Shown here: piece after piece, positions 52,419-61,555 of the stretch
Layout: every line of letters starts with the position of its first letter
Numbering within the stretch: position 1 is the first letter of the stretch
Assembly (NCBI GenBank): GCA_965243745.1
Contig: CBDEVR010000002.1
Location: forward strand, 903,263-967,262
Length of the DNA: 64,000 nucleotides
Source: Dehalococcoidia bacterium
GTDB taxonomy: Bacteria > Chloroflexota > Dehalococcoidia > Lucifugimonadales > Australimonadaceae
Direction of reading: 5' to 3'
The notes under the pieces: model-generated
Seen by the model: only the letters and a program-made list of their open reading frames with translations
Database searches by the model: none
What the model was told of the DNA's origin: nothing
Translations under genes and position numbers: made by a program

Positions 52419-53399
52419 ATGCAGTACCGCAGACTCGGCGACACGGACCTCAACGTATCCGTCATCGGCCTCGGGACCAACAACTTCGGCAACCCTTCCC
52501 GCATCAGCGACCACGCTGACAGCAAGCGCGTTCTCGACAAGTGCCGGGACGTGGGGATCAACCTCATCGACACGGCCAACATCTACGGCGGCGGTCAGAG
52601 CGAGGTCCACATCGGCGAGGCGCTGCGCGGCCAGCGGAACGATTTTCTCATCGCCACCAAGTTCAACCTGAACAGCCTGGACGGGGAGTCGCCGCGCGAC
52701 CGCATCATGAATAACGTCGAGGAGAGCCTTTCCAAGCTCCAGACCGACGTCATCGACCTCTACCAGATCCACTTCATCCCGCACGGCGTCCCGCACGAGG
52801 AGTACCTGGAACCGCTGAACGACCTCGTCAAGGAAGGCAAGGTGCGCTACGTCGGCGAGTGCAACTACTCCGGCTGGCGCCACGCCGACGCCAACCGCGC
52901 CGCCGACGAGCGCGGACTCGCCCCGTTCATCTCCTCGCAGAACAACTACAGCCTCATGCACCGCCAGGTGGAGCTGGAGCTGCTTCCGTACTGCACGGAG
53001 CACAACATCGGCTTCCTCCCCTACTTCCCGCTTGCAGGCGGATGGCTCACGGGCAAGTACGCGGCGGGCGCCGAGGTACCCGGCAGCGCGAGGCGCATGG
53101 TCGGCCAGCTGCAGGGCGACGAGCGCGCACGCGACGTGCTCGCGCGCCTCGACGCCTACGCGAACGAGAACGGCCACACGGTCCTCGACCTCGCGTTCGC
53201 GTGGCTCCTCGCGCACCCCGCCGTCAGTTCGGTCATCGCGGGCGCGATGACCGAGGCGCAGGTGGAGGCCAACGCCGCCGCAGGAGAGTGGATGCTCTCA
53301 CCCGAGGAGCGCGACGCCGTCGACGCCATCGCCGCGTGGGACGGCACCGACGAGGAGGTCGAGCGCTTCGGGATGGGGGCCCAGGCCCCGGCGCGTTAG
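52419..53399 (+). CDS. Aldo/keto reductase
   Basis: MQYRRLGDTDLNVSVIGLGTNNFG...NLIDTANIYGGGQSEVHIGEAL...DLYQIH... SD GGAGGAG upstream. Confidence 0.9.
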   Translation: MQYRRLGDTDLNVSVIGLGTNNFGNPSRISDHADSKRVLDKCRDVGINLIDTANIYGGGQSEVHIGEALRGQRNDFLIATKFNLNSLDGESPRDRIMNNVEESLSKLQTDVIDLYQIHFIPHGVPHEEYLEPLNDLVKEGKVRYVGECNYSGWRHADANRAADERGLAPFISSQNNYSLMHRQVELELLPYCTEHNIGFLPYFPLAGGWLTGKYAAGAEVPGSARRMVGQLQGDERARDVLARLDAYANENGHTVLDLAFAWLLAHPAVSSVIAGAMTEAQVEANAAAGEWMLSPEERDAVDAIAAWDGTDEEVERFGMGAQAPAR

Positions 53400-54025
53400 G
53401 ACAGCCTGCGGAGGCGCAGGGCAGTCGTCATCACCCAGGTCATCGTCGTGGCGAACAGGCCGCGCTGGAACAGGCCACGCTTCCGGAGCCAGGTCCGCGA
53501 GTAGTACGGCAGCGTGAGGATGCACGTCGCGGCGAACATGGCGTAGGAGAACCATCTCCACCACCCGCACCACGCCGGACGCTCCTTCAGCGCGCGGGGC
53601 GACAGCGCCATGAGCAGGCCGATGCTCGACAGCGTCATCCCGCCCGCGATGTTGTGGGCGCTGTTCTCCGTGATGCCCGGCAGCACCTTCTTCTCGCTGC
53701 GTGTGGGGTACTTCGCCGCCAGTACCGCGCCGAGTCCGTACACCGCCACGAGTCCCCAGAGGATGCGCCCCCGCTTTCCTCCTTTCGCCTCGTGGTGCAA
53801 CAGCGGCCCGAGCCCCTGCACGAGCACGCCGTAGCCTGCGAAAGCGGCGTTCATCAGTTTGGAGCTCGGCATGCCCCGCGCGGCGAGACGGCTCATCGTG
53901 TGCTGCGTCGAGCTGTAACCGGGCGGGGCCTTGCGCATCGCACGCGCCGTGACCGACGTGTAGTAGAGCGGCGCCAATGCCGCCATCGAGGCCAGTCGAT
54001 ACCGTATCGAGCGGGACAGCCTCAT
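53396..54025 (-). CDS. Hypothetical polytopic membrane protein
   Basis: About 209 aa from MRLSRSIRYRLASMAALAPLYY with several hydrophobic segments. This start is chosen so it abuts (ATGA overlap) the upstream tauE-like stop at 54022. Confidence 0.5.
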   Translation of the reverse strand: MRLSRSIRYRLASMAALAPLYYTSVTARAMRKAPPGYSSTQHTMSRLAARGMPSSKLMNAAFAGYGVLVQGLGPLLHHEAKGGKRGRILWGLVAVYGLGAVLAAKYPTRSEKKVLPGITENSAHNIAGGMTLSSIGLLMALSPRALKERPAWCGWWRWFSYAMFAATCILTLPYYSRTWLRKRGLFQRGLFATTMTWVMTTALRLRRLS

Positions 54026-54759
54026 CCCGTTACTCCTGACGTGATCGCGATCACCGCTGCGATCAACACGATCCCCAATGCGATGCGCCGGAACACCAGC
54101 GCCGGTATACGGCTGGAGAGCCATATCCCGCCGAAGACGCCCGCAGCCCCCGCGGGCAGGAGCACCGCCGCCAACTGTACCGATTCGAGCGTCAGGACGC
54201 CCGCCACGGCGTAGCTCGGGAACGCGGACAGCGACACCCCTGCCAGATAATAGATGATATCCGCGCGGAACTGTCGCTGCTCAACACCCTGGTTCGCGAA
54301 GAACAGGATGACCGGCGCGCCCGCGAGGCCAGTCGCACCCGTGAGCAGCCCGCTCGCCGCGCCTACCGGTATCGAAGCGAGACGCTGATTGCGCGCCGTG
54401 CGCTGCAGTCCCAGCAGCAATGCCACCGCCACCGTGCCCGTCACGACACCCAGGATGATCTTGATCTCCGGTGCTTCGAGCCGCGTCAGGATGAACGTTC
54501 CGATCGGGGTACAGACCACGCCGGCGAGCATCATCGGCCATATCCGTACGATGCTGAACTCGTGCCGCGTGTGCACCATCAGCGGGAAGTTCAGGATCGT
54601 GCCGAGGATCAGCAACACGGGGATCACGAGTTTCGGGTCGAGATACGAGGCCATGATGGGCGACGACGTGACGACGAACCCGAACCCGGTCGCGCCCTGG
54701 ATGATCGCGGCAACGAGCACCGTGACGGCGGAACCGATGACAAACGGCAGGTCCGGCAT
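54022..54759 (-). CDS. TauE/SafE-family anion (sulfite-type) exporter
   Basis: 245 aa, 7-8 hydrophobic helices. ...AAIIQGATGFGFVVTSSPIM... and the internal repeat ...GAASGLLTGATGLAGAPVILF... Confidence 0.82.
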   Translation of the reverse strand: MPDLPFVIGSAVTVLVAAIIQGATGFGFVVTSSPIMASYLDPKLVIPVLLILGTILNFPLMVHTRHEFSIVRIWPMMLAGVVCTPIGTFILTRLEAPEIKIILGVVTGTVAVALLLGLQRTARNQRLASIPVGAASGLLTGATGLAGAPVILFFANQGVEQRQFRADIIYYLAGVSLSAFPSYAVAGVLTLESVQLAAVLLPAGAAGVFGGIWLSSRIPALVFRRIALGIVLIAAVIAITSGVTG

Positions 54760-54777
54760 GAGCGGGTGCGGTCGCCC

Positions 54778-55731
54778 CTAGTCCACCGGGATGAACGGCG
54801 CGGTCGAGCCGTCGAACAGCAGGCTGCTCGGCAGGATCCTGCTCACTTCCTCCATCGTCCACTTCCCTTTGGTGCGGAAGTCCTTGTTGACCGTCCGCAC
54901 CTCGGTGGGGTGCGCGTAGAACCCATACTTCCCGCTGCCCGCACGGAAGACGCAGCCGTTCACGTGCGCCGCAGCGTCGCTTGCGAGCCACACCACGATG
55001 GGCGAGACGTGCTCGCCGCCGGGGCGGTTCGCCGCGAGCTCGTCGCCCGCCTTCTTCGCCGGGATGCCGGCCTCCGCAAGCACCTGCGGATGGTTGTAGT
55101 TGATGAACCCGCGCGTCTGCGCCATCGGCGCTATCGCGTTGACGGTGATGTTGTGGTAGCGCAGCTCGAACGCCAGGTTCCACGTGAGACTCACTATGCC
55201 GCCCTTCGCCGCGCCGTACGCCGCGCGCCCCTCAGGGTTGCGCCACTGGCTGGATGCCGTGTTGATGATGCGTCCCGAGCGCTGCTCCATCAGCAGAGGG
55301 ACGGCATGGTGACAGGTGTTGAACGTCCCTTTCAGGTGCGTCCCCACCACCGCAGCGAAATCGTCCGGCGTTATCTGATGGAAAAGTCCTTCGCGTGCGA
55401 TGCCCGCGTTGTTCACCAGGATGTCCAGCCGTCCGTACGCATCGAGCGCCGTCCTGATGATCTGTCCGGCCTCCCCGTAGTCCGCGACGGAGTTGTAGTT
55501 GGCAACGGCCTCGCCGCCGTTCTCCCGGATGAACGAGACCGTGTCGTCGGCCGGCGCCGCGCTCCCGCCTGCGCCCGTCCGCTCGACGCCAGGGTCGTTG
55601 ACCACCACCTTCGCGCCTTCGGCGGCGAGCGCGATGGCGTGCGCTCTACCGATGCCCCGGCCCGAGCCGGTCACGATGGCCACCTTGCCCGCGAGCCTGT
55701 TCCCTCTCGGCGGTATGTACTCGTCTGCCAT
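54778..55731 (-). CDS. SDR-family oxidoreductase with ~60 aa C-terminal extension (tandem paralogue 1)
   Basis: VAIVTGSGRGIGRAHA, NNAG, catalytic YGAAK. Ends ...STAPFIPVD. ATG 55731 lies in frame in the track ORF. Confidence 0.88.
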   Translation of the reverse strand: MADEYIPPRGNRLAGKVAIVTGSGRGIGRAHAIALAAEGAKVVVNDPGVERTGAGGSAAPADDTVSFIRENGGEAVANYNSVADYGEAGQIIRTALDAYGRLDILVNNAGIAREGLFHQITPDDFAAVVGTHLKGTFNTCHHAVPLLMEQRSGRIINTASSQWRNPEGRAAYGAAKGGIVSLTWNLAFELRYHNITVNAIAPMAQTRGFINYNHPQVLAEAGIPAKKAGDELAANRPGGEHVSPIVVWLASDAAAHVNGCVFRAGSGKYGFYAHPTEVRTVNKDFRTKGKWTMEEVSRILPSSLLFDGSTAPFIPVD

Positions 55732-55750
55732 AGCTCTCCTCCTGTCCGCC

Positions 55751-56680
55751 CTAAGGGATGAACGGGGCCTTCGTCTCGCCCAGCAGCACCGTGGAGGGCA
55801 GCAACTCGTCCAGCTCGTCGAGCGTCCACGGGTCGCCGTTTCCGGCCTCGCGGTACAGCGTCCTGGTCTCCGTCGGGTGGCTGTAGCGCCCGATCTTGCC
55901 GGACCCCGCCCTGAACACGATGCCGTTGACCCCCGCCGCGCGGTCCGACGCCAGCCAGACCACGACCGGTGAGACGAACTCCGGCCCTGCGCGGTTGGTA
56001 CCCTGCTCCGCCGGGTTCTTCTTCCGGTCCAGACCGGCGTCGGCAAGCATGTTCCGGTAGGTGTCGTCGTCGAAACTCCGCGTCGCCGCCATGGGAGCGA
56101 GCGCGTTCACGGTGATGTTGTGGTTCCGCAGCTCGAACGCGAGGCCCCACGTGAGCGACACGATGGCGCCCTTCGCCGCGCCGTAGTTCCCGCGTCCCTC
56201 CGGGTTGCGCCACTGGCTGGACGCAGTGTTGATGATGCGCCCGTAGCACTGCTCCATCATCACCTTCACGGCGTGATGGCAGGTGTTGAACGTCCCGAAC
56301 AGGTGCACGTTCATCAGCCCGTCCCACTCCTCCTCGGTCAGCTGGTGGAAGAGCCTGTACTTGAACGTACCCGCGTTGTTCACCAGGATATCCAGCCGCC
56401 CGAAGGTGTCGATAGCCGTCCTGATGAGGTTGCCCGCAGCCTCGTAGTCCGAGATGTCGTCGTAGCTGGCGACGGCCTCACCGCCGTTCTCGCGTATCGT
56501 CGCGACCGCCTCGTCCGCCGGAGCGCGGGTCCCGCCGGAGCCGTCGCGCTCGACACCGATGTCGTTCACGACGACGCTCGCCCCCTCCTCGGCCAGCGCC
56601 ATCGCGTGGGCGCGTCCGATGCCCCGTCCCGAGCCCGTGACGACCGCCACTCTCCCCTTGAGCAGATCTCCCATTGCCAC
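55751..56680 (-). CDS. SDR-family oxidoreductase (tandem paralogue 2)
   Basis: 309 aa. VAVVTGSGRGIGRAHA, NNAG, YGAAK. Roughly two-thirds identical by eye to 54778..55731. Confidence 0.88.
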   Translation of the reverse strand: MAMGDLLKGRVAVVTGSGRGIGRAHAMALAEEGASVVVNDIGVERDGSGGTRAPADEAVATIRENGGEAVASYDDISDYEAAGNLIRTAIDTFGRLDILVNNAGTFKYRLFHQLTEEEWDGLMNVHLFGTFNTCHHAVKVMMEQCYGRIINTASSQWRNPEGRGNYGAAKGAIVSLTWGLAFELRNHNITVNALAPMAATRSFDDDTYRNMLADAGLDRKKNPAEQGTNRAGPEFVSPVVVWLASDRAAGVNGIVFRAGSGKIGRYSHPTETRTLYREAGNGDPWTLDELDELLPSTVLLGETKAPFIP

Positions 56681-56775
56681 GCCTCCGTCCAGTCCTTGCG
56701 AGTTGGCGGAGAGTATAACGCGGGTTTGGCGCCGGAGGGCGTGTCAATCGGGTTCAGCGGGGCTATCATCCCGCC

Positions 56776-57018
56776 ATGGGATGCCGCATCGAAACCCTGA
56801 TGGTCGCCTGGGACGAAAAAGCCCACCGGCTCGTTACGACGGGGAACGATACGCTCGGCTTCTGCAAGTTCGCGGCCCACACCGGTATCGAAAGCGACCG
56901 CGACCTGTGGCGCGTGATAGACGCCTTCTGCGAGGCGCGGGGGCTGATGTTCCCGTGGCGGTTCCTCGAAGTTGTGCCGGACGAGGACGTGCTGGCGCAA
57001 GCAGCGCCGGAGCCGTAG
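56776..57018 (+). CDS. Hypothetical 80 aa protein
   Basis: The ORF follows a TATCAT box (56764-56769) 6 nt upstream of the ATG. No recognisable family. Coding status uncertain. Confidence 0.4.
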   Translation: MGCRIETLMVAWDEKAHRLVTTGNDTLGFCKFAAHTGIESDRDLWRVIDAFCEARGLMFPWRFLEVVPDEDVLAQAAPEP

Positions 57019-57083
57019 CGCTCGACCCCTGCGTCATTCACGACAGCGCTCGCCCCTCCTTTGCCGTTCCTCCCGCCGGCGCG

Positions 57084-57764
57084 TCAGTCGGACGCGTCGT
57101 TGCTGCTCTTGATGAGTTGCACCCCGAGGTAGATGCTCCAGGCAACCCAGATGAAGTAGCACGCCCTGGATACGGTGATCCCCTCCAGGCGCAGATCGAC
57201 CGAGAAGAGCCCGACAACCAGGCCGACGAGCGAGATGAGGGAGACGACCACGATCCCGTTCGCCGCAAGCACGTTGGAGCGGGCGCGCATCCACGGGCTC
57301 AGGCCCAGAACGAGGAATCCGGCGGCGACCAACAGCCCGCCCAGCACACGGCTCGCGGACTGCACTTCGAAGAGCGCCAGCCCCACCGCCATCGATTCCG
57401 CCGACGAAACGTCGATCTCGGAGATCGGGTGGTTCAATCCCTGGGTTATCCCCCAGACGACCATGCCGGTCCCCAGGAACACCACGGCAAGCAGCGCCGC
57501 TCCGATGCCGCCGCCTTCCCGGATGGCCCCCGCCTGGAGGACGATGAACCCGAACAGCAGGAGCGCGAGCCCGAACGGCACGACCAGCGCGGTCAGGTGG
57601 GCGAGCGCCGTGTTCGAGGCCTTCGCCGTGATGCTGGCAACCGCGTCGGTCGACTCGGCACTGTCTATCAGCAGGCCGCCGGGTTCGATCAGGAAGAACG
57701 CCAACGCGAGCAGGGGGCCTATCACCAGAGCCCATCCACCGGACCTGTTCATCGCAGCACTCAT
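57084..57764 (-). CDS. Hypothetical integral membrane protein (about 6 TMS)
   Basis: 226 aa from MSAAMNRSGGWALVIGPLLALAFFLIEPG. SD GGAGG upstream. The longer track ORF is trimmed to this ATG. Confidence 0.6.
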   Translation of the reverse strand: MSAAMNRSGGWALVIGPLLALAFFLIEPGGLLIDSAESTDAVASITAKASNTALAHLTALVVPFGLALLLFGFIVLQAGAIREGGGIGAALLAVVFLGTGMVVWGITQGLNHPISEIDVSSAESMAVGLALFEVQSASRVLGGLLVAAGFLVLGLSPWMRARSNVLAANGIVVVSLISLVGLVVGLFSVDLRLEGITVSRACYFIWVAWSIYLGVQLIKSSNDASD

Positions 57765-57838
57765 CACGTACCTCCGTTCCAACGGATGCGGGCACGCTAG
57801 CAAGCCTGAGCGGACGCGGTCAAGCGGGTTCCTGCGCG

Positions 57839-58369
57839 CTATCCCCCGTTGAAGACCTCGTCTTCCCGGAACCTCGTCCAAGAGGTGAATACGGGGAACG
57901 GCGAGGGCAGCACCCCTTCCGGGTCGTTCAGTCTGAACGCGATCTTCTCTTTGTCGAAGAGGTCCCTGATCGAGAGGGAGAAACCGGAGATGGGAACGCA
58001 GTCCTCGCACCGCGTGGGGAACTGCTGCCTGGTGCGCGGGTCGATGAATCGGACCGTTATCTCGGAGCCGTCGCCGCGCTGTTCGATGCCGTAGTCCTGC
58101 GCATACAGTTCCCATTCATCCACCACATGGCCGCCCTCGGCATACTGCGCGTAGATGCCGACCGGCCCGAAGAAATCGATGACGACAGCCTTCCGTCGAT
58201 CAGCATCCCTGCCCGGTTCGAACTGGCGGAATGAGCGGCCCTCCAGTTCCGCCTCGATGCGCTCGGCTTCTGCGGCGCTCACCGGCTGAAGCGGCTCATC
58301 GTTGCCGCACGCAGGCGCGGCGATGAGCACTGCGAAGAGAACCAGCGACGCGAGCCATCGGAGCATCAT
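57839..58369 (-). CDS. Hypothetical lipoprotein
   Basis: MMLRWLASLVLFAVLIAAPAC (signal + lipobox Cys). 176 aa, no recognisable domain. Confidence 0.6.
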   Translation of the reverse strand: MMLRWLASLVLFAVLIAAPACGNDEPLQPVSAAEAERIEAELEGRSFRQFEPGRDADRRKAVVIDFFGPVGIYAQYAEGGHVVDEWELYAQDYGIEQRGDGSEITVRFIDPRTRQQFPTRCEDCVPISGFSLSIRDLFDKEKIAFRLNDPEGVLPSPFPVFTSWTRFREDEVFNGG

Positions 58370-58390
58370 GCGGCCATCTCCACTCTTCTC

Positions 58391-58852
58391 CTAACGCCGG
58401 GGGCGGTGCCGGTCTGACGAGTCCAGGATGAGCGTCACCGGGCCGTCGTTCACCAGCGAGACGTCCATCATCGCCTGGAACTGCCCCGTTTCGACGGGAA
58501 CGCCGGTCGCACGGAAACGCTCCACCAGCGCCGCGAAGCGCTCCTCTGCCTCTGCCGGCGGCGCGGCATCCGTGAACGACGGCCGCCGCCCCCGCCGCAC
58601 GTCTCCGTACAGCGTGAACTGGCTCACCACGAGCAGGCTTCCGCCGGTGTCCACCACGGAGCGGTCGAAACGCCCCTCGGCATCGGGGAAGATACGCAGG
58701 TGCACGGTCTTCTCGACGACGTAGTCCGCATCGGCGTCCGTGTCGTCCCGCCCCACCGCCGCCAGCACCACCAGACCCGCGCCGATGCGCGACACCACCT
58801 CGCCGTCGATCGACACCGAGGCGCTGCTCACGCGCTGAATGACCGCGCGCAT
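58391..58852 (-). CDS. dtd: D-aminoacyl-tRNA deacylase
   Basis: MRAVIQRVSSASVSIDGEVVSRIGAGLVVL...SQFTLYGD...RGRRPSF...MDVSLVNDGPVT (Dtd signature). Confidence 0.93.
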   Translation of the reverse strand: MRAVIQRVSSASVSIDGEVVSRIGAGLVVLAAVGRDDTDADADYVVEKTVHLRIFPDAEGRFDRSVVDTGGSLLVVSQFTLYGDVRRGRRPSFTDAAPPAEAEERFAALVERFRATGVPVETGQFQAMMDVSLVNDGPVTLILDSSDRHRPRR

Positions 58853-58855
58853 CGT

Positions 58856-59173
58856 CTACTCAGACTTGCTGGATGCCTTGCTCTTCGAGTCCGCCGTCTT
58901 GGCGCCGCTCTTCTCTGCCGAAGATGACGAAGCGGACGATGACGACGATGAGGAAGACGAAGAAGAGGAGGACGACGACGAGTCGCTGACGCCCTTGCGG
59001 GCGTAGTCCGTCGTGTAGAAGCCGGAGCCCTTGTAGATCACCGTAGGAACCGAGAGCATGCGGCGGCTGAGGCCGGAGCAGGCCGGGCACGGCTGCTCGG
59101 TGCTCGCACTGAAACTCTGGCGCAGGTCGAACTCGTTGCCGCAGGACTCGCACTGGTATGCGTAGGTAGGCAT
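58856..59173 (-). CDS. FmdB-family zinc-ribbon protein with poly-serine tail
   Basis: MPTYAYQCESCGNEFDLRQSFSASTEQPCPACSG... then a run of 17 Ser plus a further S/A/K-rich tail. Confidence 0.82.
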   Translation of the reverse strand: MPTYAYQCESCGNEFDLRQSFSASTEQPCPACSGLSRRMLSVPTVIYKGSGFYTTDYARKGVSDSSSSSSSSSSSSSSSSASSSSAEKSGAKTADSKSKASSKSE

Positions 59174-59195
59174 TGAGCGTTAGGCCTCTCTCACA

Positions 59196-59224
59196 GTTAG
59201 CAGTCGCTACTCGCGACTGCTAAC
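59196..59224. other. Perfect 12 bp inverted repeat (hairpin) in the fmdB/rpsU divergent spacer
   Basis: GTTAGCAGTCGC-tactc-GCGACTGCTAAC. Confidence 0.8.
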
Positions 59225-59266
59225 GCCAACATACCGCCGCGGCGCGGCGTTGTCAATCGCGCCGCC

Positions 59267-59296
59267 TTGCCCGTGAGCGTCGCGCTGTGCTAGCAT
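59267..59296 (+). promoter_or_regulatory. Candidate promoter of rpsU
   Basis: TTGCCC (59267-59272), an 18 nt spacer ending in TGc, then TAGCAT (59291-59296), 34 nt upstream of the rpsU ATG. Confidence 0.5.
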
Positions 59297-59329
59297 CACT
59301 CTCGCGCGGAGCATGCGCACGGAGTATCC

Positions 59330-59515
59330 ATGGCATTCGTTGAGATGAGAGACGGGGAGCCGCCCGAGGCGATCGTGTCGCGGTTCCGCGCGGCAGTCAC
59401 CCGCAACGGCATCCTCAAGGCCCACAAGGACCGGCGCTTCTTCCGCTCCAAGGGAGAGAAGGCCCGCATCGCGGCGCGCCGTTCCGCCAGGCGCCGCCGC
59501 CGCTCCGGCATGTGA
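59330..59515 (+). CDS. rpsU: 30S ribosomal protein S21
   Basis: 61 aa: [58 protein letters not shown]. Confidence 0.88.
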   Translation: MAFVEMRDGEPPEAIVSRFRAAVTRNGILKAHKDRRFFRSKGEKARIAARRSARRRRRSGM

Positions 59516-59591
59516 CCCTCCTGCCACACCTGCGTGCGTTGGCTGGGTAGCCAACGCCAGCCCCGTTACCGAACCTGCACTGGGGCGACTC

Positions 59592-61367
59592 GTGAGGCCC
59601 ATCCGCATAGCCCTCGGCCAGATGAACGCAACCGTCGGCGACCTCCACGGGAACGCCGAACGCATGCTTGCGCTCGTCCGGCAGGCCCGGGAGCAGCAGG
59701 CTGACCTCGTAGCCTTCCCTGAACTGGCCCTCACCGGCTACCCGCCGGAGGACCTCCTCTTCAAACGACAGTTCCTGCTCGACGCACGCGCCGAACTGGA
59801 GCGCCTCGCCGAAGCAGCACGCGGCATCACCATCGTAGTCGGGGCGCCCGAGTTCATGGACGGGGAGCCCTTCCACCTCGGCGCAGCCCTCTACCCCGAT
59901 GAGATGGAAGGACGCGTCTACAACGGCGCAGCAGTGCTCCATAACAGCAACGTCGCCGCCGTCTACCGGAAGATCCTCCTTCCCAACCACGGCGTGTTCG
60001 ACGAGGAGCGCTACTTCGCCCGAGGCAGCGAGTGTCCCGTCTTCGAGATCAACGGTGTGCAGACGGGCGTCAATATCTGCGAGGACATCTGGTACGACAC
60101 CGGCCCCGCCACTGTCCAGCGGCTCGCGGGCGCGGAGGTCGTCGTGACCATCAACGGCTCCCCTTACCACCAGGGGCGCTTCGCCCAGCGCAGCGCGATG
60201 CTCTCGCGACGCGCCAGCGAGCACGGCTGCTTCATCGCCTACGTCAACCTCATCGGTGGGCAGGACGAGCTCGTCTTCGACGGCCAGAGCCTCGTCTTCG
60301 ACCCGCGCGGCGAACTCATCGCGCGCGCCCCCCAGTTCGAGGAGTCGCTGCTGCTCGTCGACGTGGATGCCGACGAGGTCGGCTCTCCCGACCCGGAAGG
60401 GGCGCTCGCGAAACCGGGGCTCGACGCCATCGGCGAGTCGCGCCGGTACTTCCTCTCCGGCCCGAGCGATGCGACGTCCCGTGAACCGCTCGCTCCCTCC
60501 GTCGCCGAGGAATTGCACCCGCTGACGGAGGTCTACCAGGCCCTCGTCACCGGCACGCGGGACTACGTCCTCAAGAGCGGCTTCGGGGGCGCGGTCATCG
60601 GCCTCTCCGGCGGTATCGACTCCGCGCTCACCACTGCCATTGCGGCCGATGCGCTCGGCCCGGAGCGCGTCACCACGTTCTTCATGCCGTCGCAGTACAC
60701 GTCGGGCCAGTCCTGGGACGACTCGAAGGAGCTCACCGACAACCTCGGCGTCCGGCTCGTATCGCTGCCCATACGCCCGATCTTCGACAGGTTCCTCGAA
60801 ACGCTCGCGGACGAGTTCGCCGACAAGGAGCCGGACACGACGGAGGAGAACCTGCAGGCCCGCATCCGGGGCAACCTGCTCATGGCCGCGTCCAACAAGT
60901 TCGGCTGGATCGTGCTCACCACAGGCAACAAGAGCGAGATGGCCACCGGCTACGCCACCCTCTACGGCGACATGGCGGGGGGGTTCGCCGTCATCAAGGA
61001 TGTCCCCAAGACGCTCGTGCAGCAGCTCGCGCGCCACCGCAACGTGATGGCAGGGCGGGAGGTCGTCCCGGAGTCGATCATCGTGCGGCCGCCGACCGCT
61101 GAGCTCCGGCCCGATCAGAAGGATGAGGACTCGCTGCCTCCCTACGACGTGCTCGACCCCATCCTGCAGGCGTACGTCGAGGACGACCGCAGCTTCGACG
61201 AGATGCTCGCCGCAGGGATGCCCCGCGACGCCGTCGAGCTCACCGTTCGCCTCGTTGACCGGAGCGAATACAAGCGCCGCCAGGCCCCCCCGGGCGTGAA
61301 GATCACGCGCCGCAACTTCGGACGCGACCGCCGCCTCCCCATCGTCAACCGCTACCGCCCCTCCTGA
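59592..61367 (+). CDS. nadE: Glutamine-dependent NAD+ synthetase (nitrilase domain + NAD synthetase domain)
   Basis: 591 aa. N-terminal CN-hydrolase (IALGQMNATVGD...FPELALTGYPPEDL...ICEDIW). C-terminal GLSGGIDSAL ATP-PPase motif. GTG start. Confidence 0.93.
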   Translation: MRPIRIALGQMNATVGDLHGNAERMLALVRQAREQQADLVAFPELALTGYPPEDLLFKRQFLLDARAELERLAEAARGITIVVGAPEFMDGEPFHLGAALYPDEMEGRVYNGAAVLHNSNVAAVYRKILLPNHGVFDEERYFARGSECPVFEINGVQTGVNICEDIWYDTGPATVQRLAGAEVVVTINGSPYHQGRFAQRSAMLSRRASEHGCFIAYVNLIGGQDELVFDGQSLVFDPRGELIARAPQFEESLLLVDVDADEVGSPDPEGALAKPGLDAIGESRRYFLSGPSDATSREPLAPSVAEELHPLTEVYQALVTGTRDYVLKSGFGGAVIGLSGGIDSALTTAIAADALGPERVTTFFMPSQYTSGQSWDDSKELTDNLGVRLVSLPIRPIFDRFLETLADEFADKEPDTTEENLQARIRGNLLMAASNKFGWIVLTTGNKSEMATGYATLYGDMAGGFAVIKDVPKTLVQQLARHRNVMAGREVVPESIIVRPPTAELRPDQKDEDSLPPYDVLDPILQAYVEDDRSFDEMLAAGMPRDAVELTVRLVDRSEYKRRQAPPGVKITRRNFGRDRRLPIVNRYRPS

Positions 61368-61555
61368 ATACTGCCCTACGCGTCTCTGTCAGTGTGCCGG
61401 TTCAGGCAGGATCCGGATCTGTGACACATGCCCATTGCGCGGTTGCGCCATATGCATGGCAAACTCGTCAGCAACCGCCACACAGCCCGCGGATGCGGGT
61501 GTGATACGATGAAAAACACTGGCAAGTGGCAGCCAGGAGACGAGGCCAAAAGGAC

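Noticed and set aside
59415-61037. 540 aa minus-strand ORF
   Set aside because: It is antisense to nadE, whose nitrilase and ATP-PPase motifs are unambiguous on the plus strand.
61368-61555. LexA/SOS box upstream of recA
   Set aside because: I scanned by eye for GAAC-N4-GTTC and CGAAC-N4-GTTCG types and found none. Only generic short palindromes are present.
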